Source: Candidatus Cloacimonadales bacterium (GTDB lineage: Bacteria; Cloacimonadota; Cloacimonadia; Cloacimonadales; JAFGVF01). Taken from it: a stretch of 64,000 nt of DNA. The DNA is taken from NCBI GenBank assembly GCA_963667035.1, contig OY762964.1:2528001-2592000 (forward strand). The letters are read 5' to 3'. Both the position numbers and the translations under genes were made by a program. Shown here one piece after another: positions 1 to 13,069 of this stretch (positions within the stretch are counted from its first letter, which is position 1; every line of letters begins with the position of its first letter). The notes beneath the pieces are model-generated. The model searched no databases. It worked only from the letters and a program-made list of their open reading frames with translations, and was not told the DNA's origin.

Positions 1-1
1 A

Positions 2-355
2 AGCTTCAAGATTAACACTGAGATTACTCTGTTAAAAAGAGTGCTGATAAACATGTTAAAGAATGCTATAGAAGCAACTGATGATATGGATTCTATTAGA
101 ATCTCCTCACGCATAATTGATGAGGGTATCGTACAGTTCTCGGTTAACAATAAGAGTTATATTTCTGATGATATCAGATACCAACTATTCCAAAGATCTT
201 ATACGACCAAAGGAAAAGGAAGAGGCATTGGGACATATAGCATGAAGCTACTTACCGAGCATTATCTTGGGGGAAAGATAACGGTTGAATCATCAATTGA
301 GAAGGGAACAACTTTCTTTGTTACTATACCTGTAAATCTAAAGATTAGTTCTTAA
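2..355 (+). CDS. Sensor histidine kinase, C-terminal HATPase domain (5'-truncated by window edge)
   Basis: Frame is open from base 2. N-box (LINMLKNAIEA), F-box (LFQRSYTTK) and G2-box (GRGIGTY) motifs. Confidence 0.85.
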   Translation, partial: SFKINTEITLLKRVLINMLKNAIEATDDMDSIRISSRIIDEGIVQFSVNNKSYISDDIRYQLFQRSYTTKGKGRGIGTYSMKLLTEHYLGGKITVESSIEKGTTFFVTIPVNLKISS

Positions 356-1232
356 CAGGGTGATAATGTATATTCACTTTCCTTAATGTATCCTTATAGT
401 TTTCGAAAAGCTTCTTTTCCAATTTTTCTGCTAATGAATGACCTAACTCTACGCTGATAGCTCCATTAACTTCAATAGTAAGATTTAAGATAAAATGAGT
501 ACCGAATCTGTGAACTCCAATATCGGTAACTCTAAATATACCCTCAACAGAACGGGCGATCTCCGTAATCTCCGAGGTAAAAACTTTAGATGGGATTGTA
601 TCAATCAAATCATGAGTAGCATCGCTAATAATTTCTATACCAGTTCTTAAAATGAAAGCAGCAACTAAAGCTCCTGCAACGGGATCAACCCAAGTGAAGT
701 GTCTTCTAGCAAAGAAAATACCAATCACAACAGCAGAAGTAGCAAAAATATCATTTAAATGATCGGATTTCAAAGCCTTTATAGCAGGATTTCCGGTTGT
801 TCTATACACTCTACCCGAGAACATGTAGAGCCCAATCTTTAAAATAACCGTAAAAAGAGCTATGTATATCGTCCAAGAAGATACGGGGTCAAATTCAGTA
901 TGGTTAATAACTGCAATAAATCTATCGATTGATTGCCAAGCTATAGCTAACGCAGTAGTAACAATAAAAGCTCCTATCACAATTGTTGCAATATTCTCAA
1001 ACTGCTTATGACCATAGGGATGCTCTTTATCTGCCGGTTTACTGGCAGCCTTTAGAAGAATCTTAACTGATAGATAATAAACAATATCTGCTCCTGAGTT
1101 AATACCGTCAGCTATTAAAGAATAACTATGTCCGAAAATCCCACCAATCATTTTAAGAATAGTCAGAACAATATTACTAACTAAACCAAGGTTAACGGCC
1201 AGATTGTTTCTCTTATTAAATTGTTCCTGCAT
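345..1232 (-). CDS. Cation diffusion facilitator family transporter (FieF-like)
   Basis: SLIADGINS, HPYGH, DHLND motifs; TM helices plus C-terminal dimerisation domain. Confidence 0.9.
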   Translation of the reverse strand: MQEQFNKRNNLAVNLGLVSNIVLTILKMIGGIFGHSYSLIADGINSGADIVYYLSVKILLKAASKPADKEHPYGHKQFENIATIVIGAFIVTTALAIAWQSIDRFIAVINHTEFDPVSSWTIYIALFTVILKIGLYMFSGRVYRTTGNPAIKALKSDHLNDIFATSAVVIGIFFARRHFTWVDPVAGALVAAFILRTGIEIISDATHDLIDTIPSKVFTSEITEIARSVEGIFRVTDIGVHRFGTHFILNLTIEVNGAISVELGHSLAEKLEKKLFENYKDTLRKVNIHYHPVKN

Positions 1233-1240
1233 AATTTACC

Positions 1241-1912
1241 CTACTTTTTAAAGCAGTTCTCCAATTCATCAATTGTATCAACTATGAACTCGGGATGATA
1301 TCTTAAAAGAATCTCGCGAGTGTTATATCCCCAAGAAACAGCAATCATCGGAATACCGAGTTTACGAGCAGAGACAATATCTCTCACTTCATCACCGATA
1401 TAAATCGAGTTTGACTTGGTTGCGCCAAGGCTTTTCATGAATTGTTTAAGCTTTTTATGTTTGTTAAACAATCCGCTACCCCCATGAATATCAGTAAACA
1501 ATTGCAAGTTATGATTCTCAATAAACCTGTTCACATTTTCCTCGGAGTTACTTGTTAATATGGAAAGGTTGTACCCTTGTTTTTTAAGATTAGTTAGAAA
1601 TTCAGGAATACCAGGGAATGGATGAACTGCATCAATCTCTCCTTTAATCAGCATGCGAATTTCTCTTATCAACAAAGGAATTCTATAAAAAGGAACTTTT
1701 AGACGTTTCTTAAGAGCAAATACGCCTTCATTTCTGAACTCCTCAATATCGTCTTCAGTAATAAAGGGTAATTTGTACTTATGATGAATAGTATTGAATA
1801 GGTCAATACCTGAACGTAATGAGTCTGCTATGGTACCATCAAAATCAAAAATGATATTCTTCTTTTCTTTAAGGTTAATATTCTCCATTCTTCTGACTTC
1901 GCTAACTTTCAA
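1241..1912 (-). CDS. HAD-IA family hydrolase (phosphoglycolate phosphatase-like)
   Basis: FDFDGT motif I, LTSN motif II, YIGDEVRD motif IV; start codon uncertain. Confidence 0.85.
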   Translation of the reverse strand: MKVSEVRRMENINLKEKKNIIFDFDGTIADSLRSGIDLFNTIHHKYKLPFITEDDIEEFRNEGVFALKKRLKVPFYRIPLLIREIRMLIKGEIDAVHPFPGIPEFLTNLKKQGYNLSILTSNSEENVNRFIENHNLQLFTDIHGGSGLFNKHKKLKQFMKSLGATKSNSIYIGDEVRDIVSARKLGIPMIAVSWGYNTREILLRYHPEFIVDTIDELENCFKK

Positions 1913-1990
1913 GCTCCTTAGTTTGAGATTTACTTTGACAATACAATTGTCTCAATTTCATTTAATCAAAAGGATTTTAAGAAGGCTATT

Positions 1991-2611
1991 ATGTCAACAT
2001 ATAACACAATTTCGAATCCTGTTCAGTTTGAACATAAACTAAACCGTTCACGATTCATTGCATCATTTAAATCTGTAAAAAATGTTGAAGATGCAAAAGC
2101 ATTTATCTCAGATATTAGTATTGAACATAAAATGGCAAATCATAACTGTTGGGCTTTTATTATTGGCTATAAGGGAGAAATCTCACATAGTTCTGATAAT
2201 GGTGAACCTTCCGGAACTGCCGGTGCCCCAATGTTGAACGCCCTTAGAAAGCACAATTTGACAAACATAGTTGTTGTTGTCACAAGGTACTTTGGTGGAG
2301 TGAAGCTTGGAATTAGAGGATTGATTGAAGCATATAATTCTACTGTTGATATAGGGATAAGCAATAATACTATTGAAGAGATTGTTCCTCATTCTTATTA
2401 TAAAGTTGAAACTCCGTATGATTTCTATGAAATCTTTAAGCATCGTTTAAATGAATATAATCCACGTTATGATAAGATTGAGTATTCGCAATATATAGAT
2501 TTTGAGCTTGTACTTAACTCGGAATTCAAAGTGCAAGTAGAGAGCCATCTGGCAGAATGGACAAAATCAGGGAAGATAAAATCCCAACACATCAAAGATA
2601 CTAATGATTAG
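1991..2611 (+). CDS. yigZ: YigZ/IMPACT family protein
   Basis: SRFIA, ANHNCWA, SDNGEPSGTAG, VTRYFGGVKLGIRGLI motifs. Confidence 0.92.
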   Translation: MSTYNTISNPVQFEHKLNRSRFIASFKSVKNVEDAKAFISDISIEHKMANHNCWAFIIGYKGEISHSSDNGEPSGTAGAPMLNALRKHNLTNIVVVVTRYFGGVKLGIRGLIEAYNSTVDIGISNNTIEEIVPHSYYKVETPYDFYEIFKHRLNEYNPRYDKIEYSQYIDFELVLNSEFKVQVESHLAEWTKSGKIKSQHIKDTND

Positions 2612-2838
2612 CTGTTTAATACTTTAGTTTTCTCCTGAATATATTGAGTAATTGAATAAAGCATAGTAATTCAATTTCTATAATGCAATTGAATCTTTTT
2701 TAAATGAATAGGGCTAATCTAGTTAACAGAAAAAAAGAGCTTTTCTTAAATATTCATACAATAAGTTTAATCAAATAGATGCTATGTTCCCTCAACAGAA
2801 TGGCATGTTTACTCACAATTATCTTATGGCATGCCAAT

Positions 2839-2854
2839 TGGCATAAGTATTGCA
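2839..2854 (+). promoter_or_regulatory. Putative sigma54 (-24/-12) promoter
   Basis: TGGCATAAGTATTGCA matches GG-N10-GC. It is followed by an RBS (CAGGAG) and an ATG at 2898. Confidence 0.6.
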
Positions 2855-2897
2855 TATTTCATTTATATCGAATATTTTAGAGCGTACAGGAGATTCT

Positions 2898-3431
2898 ATG
2901 TACTATATGAGATTGGTGCTTCTATTGTTAGTTATTACTTCTTGTTTATTGATATATGCAGTTTCGGAAACAAGACCAAATAATAATGATCAAACTAACT
3001 TTGACACTTATCATTATCTTGGTGACTCAACAGGTATAAATCAATTAAGTTATTTAGCACCAGTTATGCCTAACATGAGATATTTAACGTCTCAAGTAAG
3101 CTATACTTAATCTAAGCTTGCTGTCCCCATTTTATTATAGTGGAATAGATAATCTTATTGTATGTGTATATGAACACACAGAGAGAGAATACTGATGGTA
3201 AAAATTTTGCTTTTAGCCAAACAGATAGTTTAGAACTATAAGCTTAGGCGGCATGTATCGATTGATTTAAACGGTATAGGAAACAATGCTAGCTTTTACG
3301 TAATTGTACCCAATACTTGATTTACAATTGAACGAAACTTGTCGGGAGCTTTAGTTTTTCCATACCCAAACAAGATAGACTGGGGTTTGGTTGAAGTTGA
3401 TACAGGAAGTAGAGAGAGATTCAAACAATGA
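2898..3431 (+). pseudogene. Decayed secreted/surface protein gene homologous to the repeated domain of the 34418-39574 protein
   Basis: Signal peptide, then LGDSTGINQ..PVMPNMRYLTSQVSYT*, then LLSPFYYSGIDNLIVCVYEH and VIVPNT*F..IDWGLVEV. These match VGDGAEVNQHLPIEPYYGYTYSQSIYT, PFVYNNVDNLVIAVEEN and VIPNTRF..VDFGVENV. Internal stops and an apparent deletion. Confidence 0.65.
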
Positions 3432-3538
3432 ACAAGTACCTAGCGGAATTTATCTGTATAAACTGAGAAGTGGTACTTATACAAGAAATAGAATAAATAT
3501 ATTAATTAAATAAACTAAATCTTCCTTGTATGTGAAAA

Positions 3539-3575
3539 GATTGCCTCAAGTAGTATGGTAATGCTTGGGGCAATC
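3539..3575. terminator. Intrinsic terminator hairpin downstream of MATE gene
   Basis: GATTGCCTCAAG ... CTTGGGGCAATC stem with flanking A/T runs. Confidence 0.55.
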
Positions 3576-3585
3576 GCCTTTTTGT

Positions 3586-4953
3586 TTATATTTTCTTTTT
3601 AAACGCCACTTCTAAATGACGTTGAGATTTCACTTCAAAATATATTAATCCAATAGCTGTAACTGTGCTAATAAAATCTGCTACGGGTACGGTTGCCCAT
3701 ACACCTGTAAGTCCGTATAAACGAGGTAGAATCATTAAAACAGGGAGATAAATGATAACCTTACGTAGTAAATTAAGAAATATTGCTTTTGCAGGCTTAT
3801 TTACAGCTTGGAAATACATAACTGTCATCATGTGTATTCCTACTAATGGTATCATCATCATATATATCCTCAATCCGGAGTAACCAATCTCTATTAGATC
3901 GGAGTCGCCTTTACTAAAAAGTGATACTAAGAATCTTCCGAATATGTTAACAGCAAGAAACCCGATTATAGAGATTACTAGCGAATAGAGGTAAGATACT
4001 TTTAATGTTTTCTTAACTCTATCATATATCTTTGCACCGAAGTTAAATCCAATAATAGGCTGTCCTGCCATCATAAGTCCTCTAAGTGGGGTTTCAATCA
4101 TGACAAAAATACTTTGGATGGCTCCCAAAGCACCTAAAGCAACAGCATCACCGTGAGCAATAAGAGCTCTATTGGTGAATACAGCTACAAGAGTTGTAGC
4201 CAGATTCATACTGAAAGGTGAAACACCGATAGCAAGCATAGGTTTAACGATATGCCATTGAGGTATAAGATACTTTTTTCTTAGTGTTAAGTACCTATGT
4301 TTGCTAACAGTAAAATGCCATAAAACACAACTTGCGGTTATAATTCTGGCTAATACAGTCGCAATAGCTACACCTTTAACTCCAAGATGAAACACAAAAA
4401 GAAATATCGGATCAAGTATTATGTTTATCAAAGCACCTGATACTGCAATTTTCATAGCCAGATGTGGATTACCTTCACTACGAATACTCCCGTTAGTTCC
4501 CATTGCCATAAAATCAAAAGCCATAAAAGGAAGGAACCAGACAAGATATTCATAAGCATAAGGCATAGTAATCTCGTCTGCACCAACAATCCTTAAAAGA
4601 GGTTTGATAAACAAGCTTCCCAGTACTGCTACTATTACTCCCAGAATTGTGTATAATCCAATGGTATTGCCTAAAGTTTTTTCGGCAACTTCCTTATTCT
4701 TCTCTCCTAAACGAATTGAGATTATTGAAGAGGATCCATTCCCGAGAAGTACGCCAATTGCAATAGAAAGAATAAATATTGGAAATGTTATGGTTAATCC
4801 GGCTAAAGCATCTGTACCTAATGCTTTACCTATGTATATTCTGTCGACAATATTGTATATTGCATGAACACTTGAGGCAACTATAGAAGGTATCGAATAT
4901 TTAAGGAGTAATCTCCAAGGAGCAATAGTCTCAAACTCTTTAATTGCCTTCAT
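3586..4953 (-). CDS. MATE family efflux transporter
   Basis: YNIVDRIYIG, NIILDPIF, QPIIGFNFGA motifs; about 12 TM helices. Confidence 0.93.
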   Translation of the reverse strand: MKAIKEFETIAPWRLLLKYSIPSIVASSVHAIYNIVDRIYIGKALGTDALAGLTITFPIFILSIAIGVLLGNGSSSIISIRLGEKNKEVAEKTLGNTIGLYTILGVIVAVLGSLFIKPLLRIVGADEITMPYAYEYLVWFLPFMAFDFMAMGTNGSIRSEGNPHLAMKIAVSGALINIILDPIFLFVFHLGVKGVAIATVLARIITASCVLWHFTVSKHRYLTLRKKYLIPQWHIVKPMLAIGVSPFSMNLATTLVAVFTNRALIAHGDAVALGALGAIQSIFVMIETPLRGLMMAGQPIIGFNFGAKIYDRVKKTLKVSYLYSLVISIIGFLAVNIFGRFLVSLFSKGDSDLIEIGYSGLRIYMMMIPLVGIHMMTVMYFQAVNKPAKAIFLNLLRKVIIYLPVLMILPRLYGLTGVWATVPVADFISTVTAIGLIYFEVKSQRHLEVAFKKKI

Positions 4954-5515
4954 TACTACCTCTTAGGTGGAGTTGTATTATAGCGTCAATTGGTATCTTT
5001 TCTACTTCTGATGGGAATCTTGATAGACCTATAATCTGATGAATCCATAATTCTGCGTATTGGTCAGCCGTAACATCCAGCTTTAAAAGATTATTATCCA
5101 GTCCATGTTGAAATACTTGTGCTATAGTCTGCCTCACTTTCCTTTTAAGTTCGCTTGTTCTCTCGGCATAGCATTTGGCAAGCTGGTCCTTTCTTTCAAG
5201 GGCTTCTTCCATAACTCTCAAAACCGGTTTTCTCCCTTTTGAAAGCTTTGCCAAACAATTACTAATCTCTATTATCTTGTCTATGTAATCCATATCTCTA
5301 TCGACAATAGCTTTTAGCTGAACTTGGATATTAATGAATCCTTCCAGAGCTACTGCAATATAAAGGTCTTCTTTATCTTTAAAATATCTGTATATTGTGC
5401 CCTTTCCAACACCTGCTTCTTTTGCTACATCATCCATCTTAACTTCATGGAATCTCTTAGTTCTAAGAACTTTCTCAGCAGCCTTTAGAATCTCTTCTCT
5501 CTTATCTTTAGACAT
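4940..5515 (-). CDS. TetR/AcrR family transcriptional regulator
   Basis: N-terminal HTH VAKEAGVGKGTIYRYFKDKEDL; overlaps the MATE start. Confidence 0.93.
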   Translation of the reverse strand: MSKDKREEILKAAEKVLRTKRFHEVKMDDVAKEAGVGKGTIYRYFKDKEDLYIAVALEGFINIQVQLKAIVDRDMDYIDKIIEISNCLAKLSKGRKPVLRVMEEALERKDQLAKCYAERTSELKRKVRQTIAQVFQHGLDNNLLKLDVTADQYAELWIHQIIGLSRFPSEVEKIPIDAIIQLHLRGSNEGN

Positions 5516-5533
5516 GATATGCTCCTTGCTTAA

Positions 5534-5549
5534 AACTGACCGGTCAGTT
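5534..5549. promoter_or_regulatory. Putative TetR operator
   Basis: Perfect 16-bp palindrome AACTGACCGGTCAGTT about 20 bp upstream of the tetR start. Confidence 0.7.
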
Positions 5550-5622
5550 CTATTGTGAGCTATTATGGGGTCAAGCTCTTTTTCCGTATTGCATATCAGG
5601 TATTGTGGTGAACTTAAAGGGA

Positions 5623-6708
5623 TTAAAGAGTTAACAAGCCTTCATCTATTCTAATAATGTAAGCTTCACCTCCTGCTTTGACAATAGATTTTGCTACTTC
5701 TTCAGGATTTTCCGGAGCATAAGCAAACATACAGCCTCCACCCCCGGAACCGTTAATCTTTGCCCCTAATGCTCCCGACTGCAATGATGCTTGAATCATG
5801 TTATCAATTTTGGGAGTAGAGATACCTAGATTTTCTCGAAGATACAATTGATGTTGATTGAGTAGATTTCCTAACTCTGTATGATTAATACTTTGAGCTT
5901 GTAAAAGTTTTAAAGCTTTACTAGTGATTTCTCTATTATAGATTACGCCTTTCATTACTTGTAATTCATGTTCCGAAAGCAAATCTCTATAGTTATATAA
6001 CTCATTAATTGAAATGTTTCTGAAGTATACGGAAGAGTTTAAAGTTTGAATAGTGGTCATAGCCTTAATTGCCGGAGCCTTAGTTTCTGAAAGAATCTTT
6101 TCGGTATCCTTAGGTTCTTGAGTATCTCCTAGCACGAACGCACCCGGTTGAGCACTTAGCCTACTGATTGTGATTGGTTGTGTAAAATCCATGAAGTTTA
6201 TTGACCCTATTGCTGTAGAAAGCTGGTCCATCATTCCGCCTGCCTCGTTAAACTCTAATACTTCAGCCTCATAGCTAATCATTCCGATTTCCTGATTAGA
6301 AATGTTTTTATTACCTTCCTGAGAAGCCTCAACTAAGAATTTACACCATACATTATTTAAGGCACTTGATGATGAGGTTCCTGAATTTATTGGTATATTT
6401 CCTCTTATAACGCAATTCCAACCATGCTCCCAATTATATCCTCTTTTCATAAGAACATTAAAGATGCTCTTGAAGTAATCTCTTTTCTTGCTGTAAACAA
6501 ATTGAGATTGGGTGTACACTATTTCTTCCGATGCCATAATATCCGGTAACTCTATGCTAAAAATGTTATCAGAGCGTTTTGTAGCTTCAATTTGAATTCT
6601 TAGATTAATCGCCATAGGAATGACTGGTAGACCAAGATAATCCTGATGCTCACCAAATAGACATATTCTTCCTGGAGCTGAGACAATGATTCTTTCACCT
6701 TTATCCAT
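5623..6708 (-). CDS. GHMP kinase, galactokinase-like sugar-1-kinase
   Basis: APGRICLFGEHQDY, PINSGTSSSSA, GMMDQ, GAKINGSGGGG motifs. Confidence 0.88.
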   Translation of the reverse strand: MDKGERIIVSAPGRICLFGEHQDYLGLPVIPMAINLRIQIEATKRSDNIFSIELPDIMASEEIVYTQSQFVYSKKRDYFKSIFNVLMKRGYNWEHGWNCVIRGNIPINSGTSSSSALNNVWCKFLVEASQEGNKNISNQEIGMISYEAEVLEFNEAGGMMDQLSTAIGSINFMDFTQPITISRLSAQPGAFVLGDTQEPKDTEKILSETKAPAIKAMTTIQTLNSSVYFRNISINELYNYRDLLSEHELQVMKGVIYNREITSKALKLLQAQSINHTELGNLLNQHQLYLRENLGISTPKIDNMIQASLQSGALGAKINGSGGGGCMFAYAPENPEEVAKSIVKAGGEAYIIRIDEGLLTL

Positions 6709-7450
6709 TACTAATTTCCTTTCTTTTCAAGTACAACTCAATCATCTCTTTCTCTTCTATAGTGTTAACTCCATATACAGCTTCAATATCATTAACCTCT
6801 ATTGTCTCCAACTCATAGTTCTCGGCTAGAATTCCAACAATATCCGAAAGGATATATTCCTTCTGAATGTTATTGTTCTTAATCTTTCCTAATGCTTCGA
6901 ACAGTAACTTATTATTAAATATAAATTGTGATGGTATCAATTCCGTAATTTCTTTCTCTTCTGTTGAACAATCCTTATCCTCAATGACTCCGATAATACG
7001 ACCTACACGATTTCTGATTACTCTCCCCCAAGGAGGTATATTCTCCTTAATATCAACCGTAAGGAATACAGAAGCCAAATCAGCAGATTCCATTTTATCT
7101 ATTAGTAACCGAATATATTCGGATGAAATTGCAGGTGAATCTCCAACCATAACTATAGTATTGCCTTCAAAATCTTTGAGATAATCTTTTGCTTGCAATA
7201 CTGCATGAGCAGTACCTAGTTGTTGTTCCTGAATTATATATTTACATCTGTTTCCCATCACTTCTTCTATCAAAGGTTTATTCTCAGTATTTACGATGAG
7301 GATAATCTCATCTACATTGCATTTTTCAAGAGTTTCAACAATTCTTGTCACAATAGACTTACCTGCAATTTCGACTAATACCTTTGGTAAGTCTGTTTTC
7401 ATTCTACTGCCTTTTCCGGCAGCTAAAACAATAGCGTTTGTTTTTCTCAT
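6701..7450 (-). CDS. Sugar-phosphate nucleotidyltransferase (GlmU N-terminal-domain-like, no acetyltransferase domain)
   Basis: LAAGKGSRMKTDLPKVL, QQLGTAHAV, GVN motifs; 249 aa with no hexapeptide repeats. Confidence 0.85.
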   Translation of the reverse strand: MRKTNAIVLAAGKGSRMKTDLPKVLVEIAGKSIVTRIVETLEKCNVDEIILIVNTENKPLIEEVMGNRCKYIIQEQQLGTAHAVLQAKDYLKDFEGNTIVMVGDSPAISSEYIRLLIDKMESADLASVFLTVDIKENIPPWGRVIRNRVGRIIGVIEDKDCSTEEKEITELIPSQFIFNNKLLFEALGKIKNNNIQKEYILSDIVGILAENYELETIEVNDIEAVYGVNTIEEKEMIELYLKRKEISNG

Positions 7451-7455
7451 TTGTA

Positions 7456-8910
7456 TTACTCAAGTTCAGCTTTGAAGACTTCCACAGTTGAAAGGGTCGG
7501 GGAAGCTATAGCTTCTATATCAATTCTAATCTGATTAGCTTTTATATCATCAAATCTAATAATCTTTCTTACTCCGATAGTCGTACCTTCACTGATTGTT
7601 TTCCATCCTTCGGAAGTATTTGCTTCAATTGAGAAGTTGGAAACTCTTTGTCCTAACTGTATATATTCTTGCATTCTGATTCTGTTAAAAGTAGTGAATT
7701 CTTCAAAGTCGATTGTTAAGCTGGCTGATGTCACATCATCATCTGTAGCCCAATATGTTTCTCTATTCCCATCGACTATCATCATAGGTGAATATTTATC
7801 AGAGTTCCCTCGGGTATCGGAAGCAGTAACTCTTTTATTCCCCGCTAAGTTCTTAGAAAATGTATTCTCTATTATCCTACCGAATTCCTTGAGTCTTTGA
7901 ACATCCTCTTCCGGTATTAGTCCTCTCTTATCAGGAGTAATATTTAATAAGAGACACGCACCGTTCCCAACACTATTATAATAGATATCTAACAATCTTT
8001 CTATTGATTTGGGAGACTGATCTTCATGGTAAAACCAACCGTCTCTGATTGAGACATCAACTTCCGCAGGTCTCCAGACTTCACCTCCGGGAGTACCGGC
8101 ACCAAGTAAGTTTTGGTCTGCTTTACCAGGGAACATTCCCTCCGGATTAATCGGAGCCCAACATGTCTCAGGAGCAAATCCCTGTTCATTACCAACCCAA
8201 CGTACATCTGGTCCGGCATCACTGAAAATAACGGCATTAGGTTGAAGTTTACGGATTATATCCCAAGTATTGTCCCAATCATAATAAGTTTCTTTATCTA
8301 TTCTTCTTTCCTCTTGTGCTCCCCCGTAATATCCGTCTCCACCATTAGCTCCATCATGCCATACTTCAAATATTTCTCCGTAATTAGATAGTACTTCTTT
8401 TAACTGGTTTCGATAAAGTGTAACATACTCTTCTGCCCCATAGTCTTTACTATTTCTATCCCATGGAGAAAGATAAACACCCATTTTAAGATTATTTTGC
8501 TTACAAGCTTCCGACAGCTCTTTTAATACATCTCCCTTCCCCTGTCTCCAAGGAGAATTCTTAATTGAGTGTTCAGTTAATTCTGTTTGCCAAAGGCAAA
8601 AACCATCATGATGCTTCGCAGTAATTATCAATCCTTTCATTCCTGCTTTAGTCGCAGTCTTAGCCCATTGATTAGCATTCAGCTCAGTTGGATTGAACAG
8701 CTCGGTAGACTCATCACCGTATCCCCATTCTTTCCCTGTAAAAGTATTTACTGTAAAATGCAAAAATCCGTAGAACTCCATTTTATGCCATCTGAGTTGA
8801 TTATCATTTGGAGTAGCACCAAAAGGAGCAGGAGGCTCCACTTTGTTGTTACTAATTCCTTTTGCAGATAAGCATATAATTAGTAAAGCAAAGATAATTA
8901 ATGCTCTCAT
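7456..8910 (-). CDS. Alpha-L-fucosidase (GH29) with C-terminal F5/8-type domain; signal peptide
   Basis: TAKHHDGFCLW, YLSPWDRN, VWHDGANG, RWVGNE motifs. Confidence 0.92.
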   Translation of the reverse strand: MRALIIFALLIICLSAKGISNNKVEPPAPFGATPNDNQLRWHKMEFYGFLHFTVNTFTGKEWGYGDESTELFNPTELNANQWAKTATKAGMKGLIITAKHHDGFCLWQTELTEHSIKNSPWRQGKGDVLKELSEACKQNNLKMGVYLSPWDRNSKDYGAEEYVTLYRNQLKEVLSNYGEIFEVWHDGANGGDGYYGGAQEERRIDKETYYDWDNTWDIIRKLQPNAVIFSDAGPDVRWVGNEQGFAPETCWAPINPEGMFPGKADQNLLGAGTPGGEVWRPAEVDVSIRDGWFYHEDQSPKSIERLLDIYYNSVGNGACLLLNITPDKRGLIPEEDVQRLKEFGRIIENTFSKNLAGNKRVTASDTRGNSDKYSPMMIVDGNRETYWATDDDVTSASLTIDFEEFTTFNRIRMQEYIQLGQRVSNFSIEANTSEGWKTISEGTTIGVRKIIRFDDIKANQIRIDIEAIASPTLSTVEVFKAELE

Positions 8911-8912
8911 CT

Positions 8913-11939
<3,027 letters not shown>

Positions 11940-12143
11940 CTAATCTACGGAGTCTCTCTGTCAAAATATTACTGTTTTATTCATATAGGATTTAGCGATA
12001 AGAATGATGCACATAAACATATTTCAAAGGTTTGAGTTGGATTTGCTTTTCATTATAGAGTACTATAACAATAGTATGAAGCTACTGACATAATATCAAT
12101 TGGAAGTATGTAGTCTTAATCTAAACTAGTTACAGAAATACTT

Positions 12144-12167
12144 AAGGCTGATGAATACATCAGCCTT
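12144..12167 (-). terminator. Intrinsic terminator hairpin
   Basis: AAGGCTGATG-AATA-CATCAGCCTT just after the lipoprotein stop. Confidence 0.6.
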
Positions 12168-12177
12168 TACATTATAC

Positions 12178-13008
12178 TTACTCTCTATTTAAAATTAACT
12201 TCAATAGTTTCCTGGCTTCCTGTATACGTGATTCTAAATCGGGCTTATCAAGCTTATAGTCATTGCTATAACTATCTACGTATGCTGTATAACCGCTCAT
12301 TATTGCAAGATCACCTGAGATTGTATAATTCATGCTACCTACTCCATAGTAGAGTTCTATATCTTCATGTGCACATGTTTGAGATATATCTACTAAACAA
12401 TTTTCGGGAAAAGTATACTCTCTTTTGCTTATGGAAATCTCAGTTACGTAATCGTCGTAGTCATATTCCTGTGTCAGTTCATTGTAACCTTCAATTGATG
12501 CTATAGCATATTGGAATTGATTATTCCTATACAAATCCCATGAGAAAGTTATATCACTTCCATGCTGAATAGGTTCTAAGGGTTTGTGCCAAACAGGTAC
12601 ATACGGCATCCTAAAATTACCTGATACTTCTCTTGACTGATTTACCTTATTGTCATTACTAATGTCAAGTTTATACTTTATAAACAAATCTTCTCCAGGT
12701 TGAAATTGATATGGAATATCTAGTAAAACAAAATCCACATATCCCCTCTCAATGTATTGAGACATATCTTCACCATTAATACTGATAGAGTGAGCAAAGT
12801 ATCCTTCAAAGTCTTCATTAACTATTTTATCACTTATTGTTACACATATCTCTGTTCCATTAACATAATCAAATATACTAACTAAAATATTACTTGTATA
12901 AATCTCATTAATTGGTTCAAGTTCAAAAAATCCTACGGATTCATTCCCGCACCCGACAAAAGCTAAGCAAATGCTAATAATCACTGCTATATACACTAAT
13001 CTTTTCAT
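12178..13008 (-). CDS. Putative lipoprotein of unknown function (paralogue of 15006-15806)
   Basis: Lipobox FVGC; shares PYQFQPG, FSWDLYRNNQFQ and REYTFPEN-like blocks with the 15.0-15.8 kb protein. Confidence 0.75.
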   Translation of the reverse strand: MKRLVYIAVIISICLAFVGCGNESVGFFELEPINEIYTSNILVSIFDYVNGTEICVTISDKIVNEDFEGYFAHSISINGEDMSQYIERGYVDFVLLDIPYQFQPGEDLFIKYKLDISNDNKVNQSREVSGNFRMPYVPVWHKPLEPIQHGSDITFSWDLYRNNQFQYAIASIEGYNELTQEYDYDDYVTEISISKREYTFPENCLVDISQTCAHEDIELYYGVGSMNYTISGDLAIMSGYTAYVDSYSNDYKLDKPDLESRIQEARKLLKLILNRE

Positions 13009-13069
13009 ACTACCTCCTAGTTCTTACTAAACAGAATTAAAGATTTATATGTGTCAAGAGTATTGTTAA

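Noticed and set aside
6701..7450. Calling this gene glmU
   Set aside because: It lacks the C-terminal hexapeptide acetyltransferase domain.
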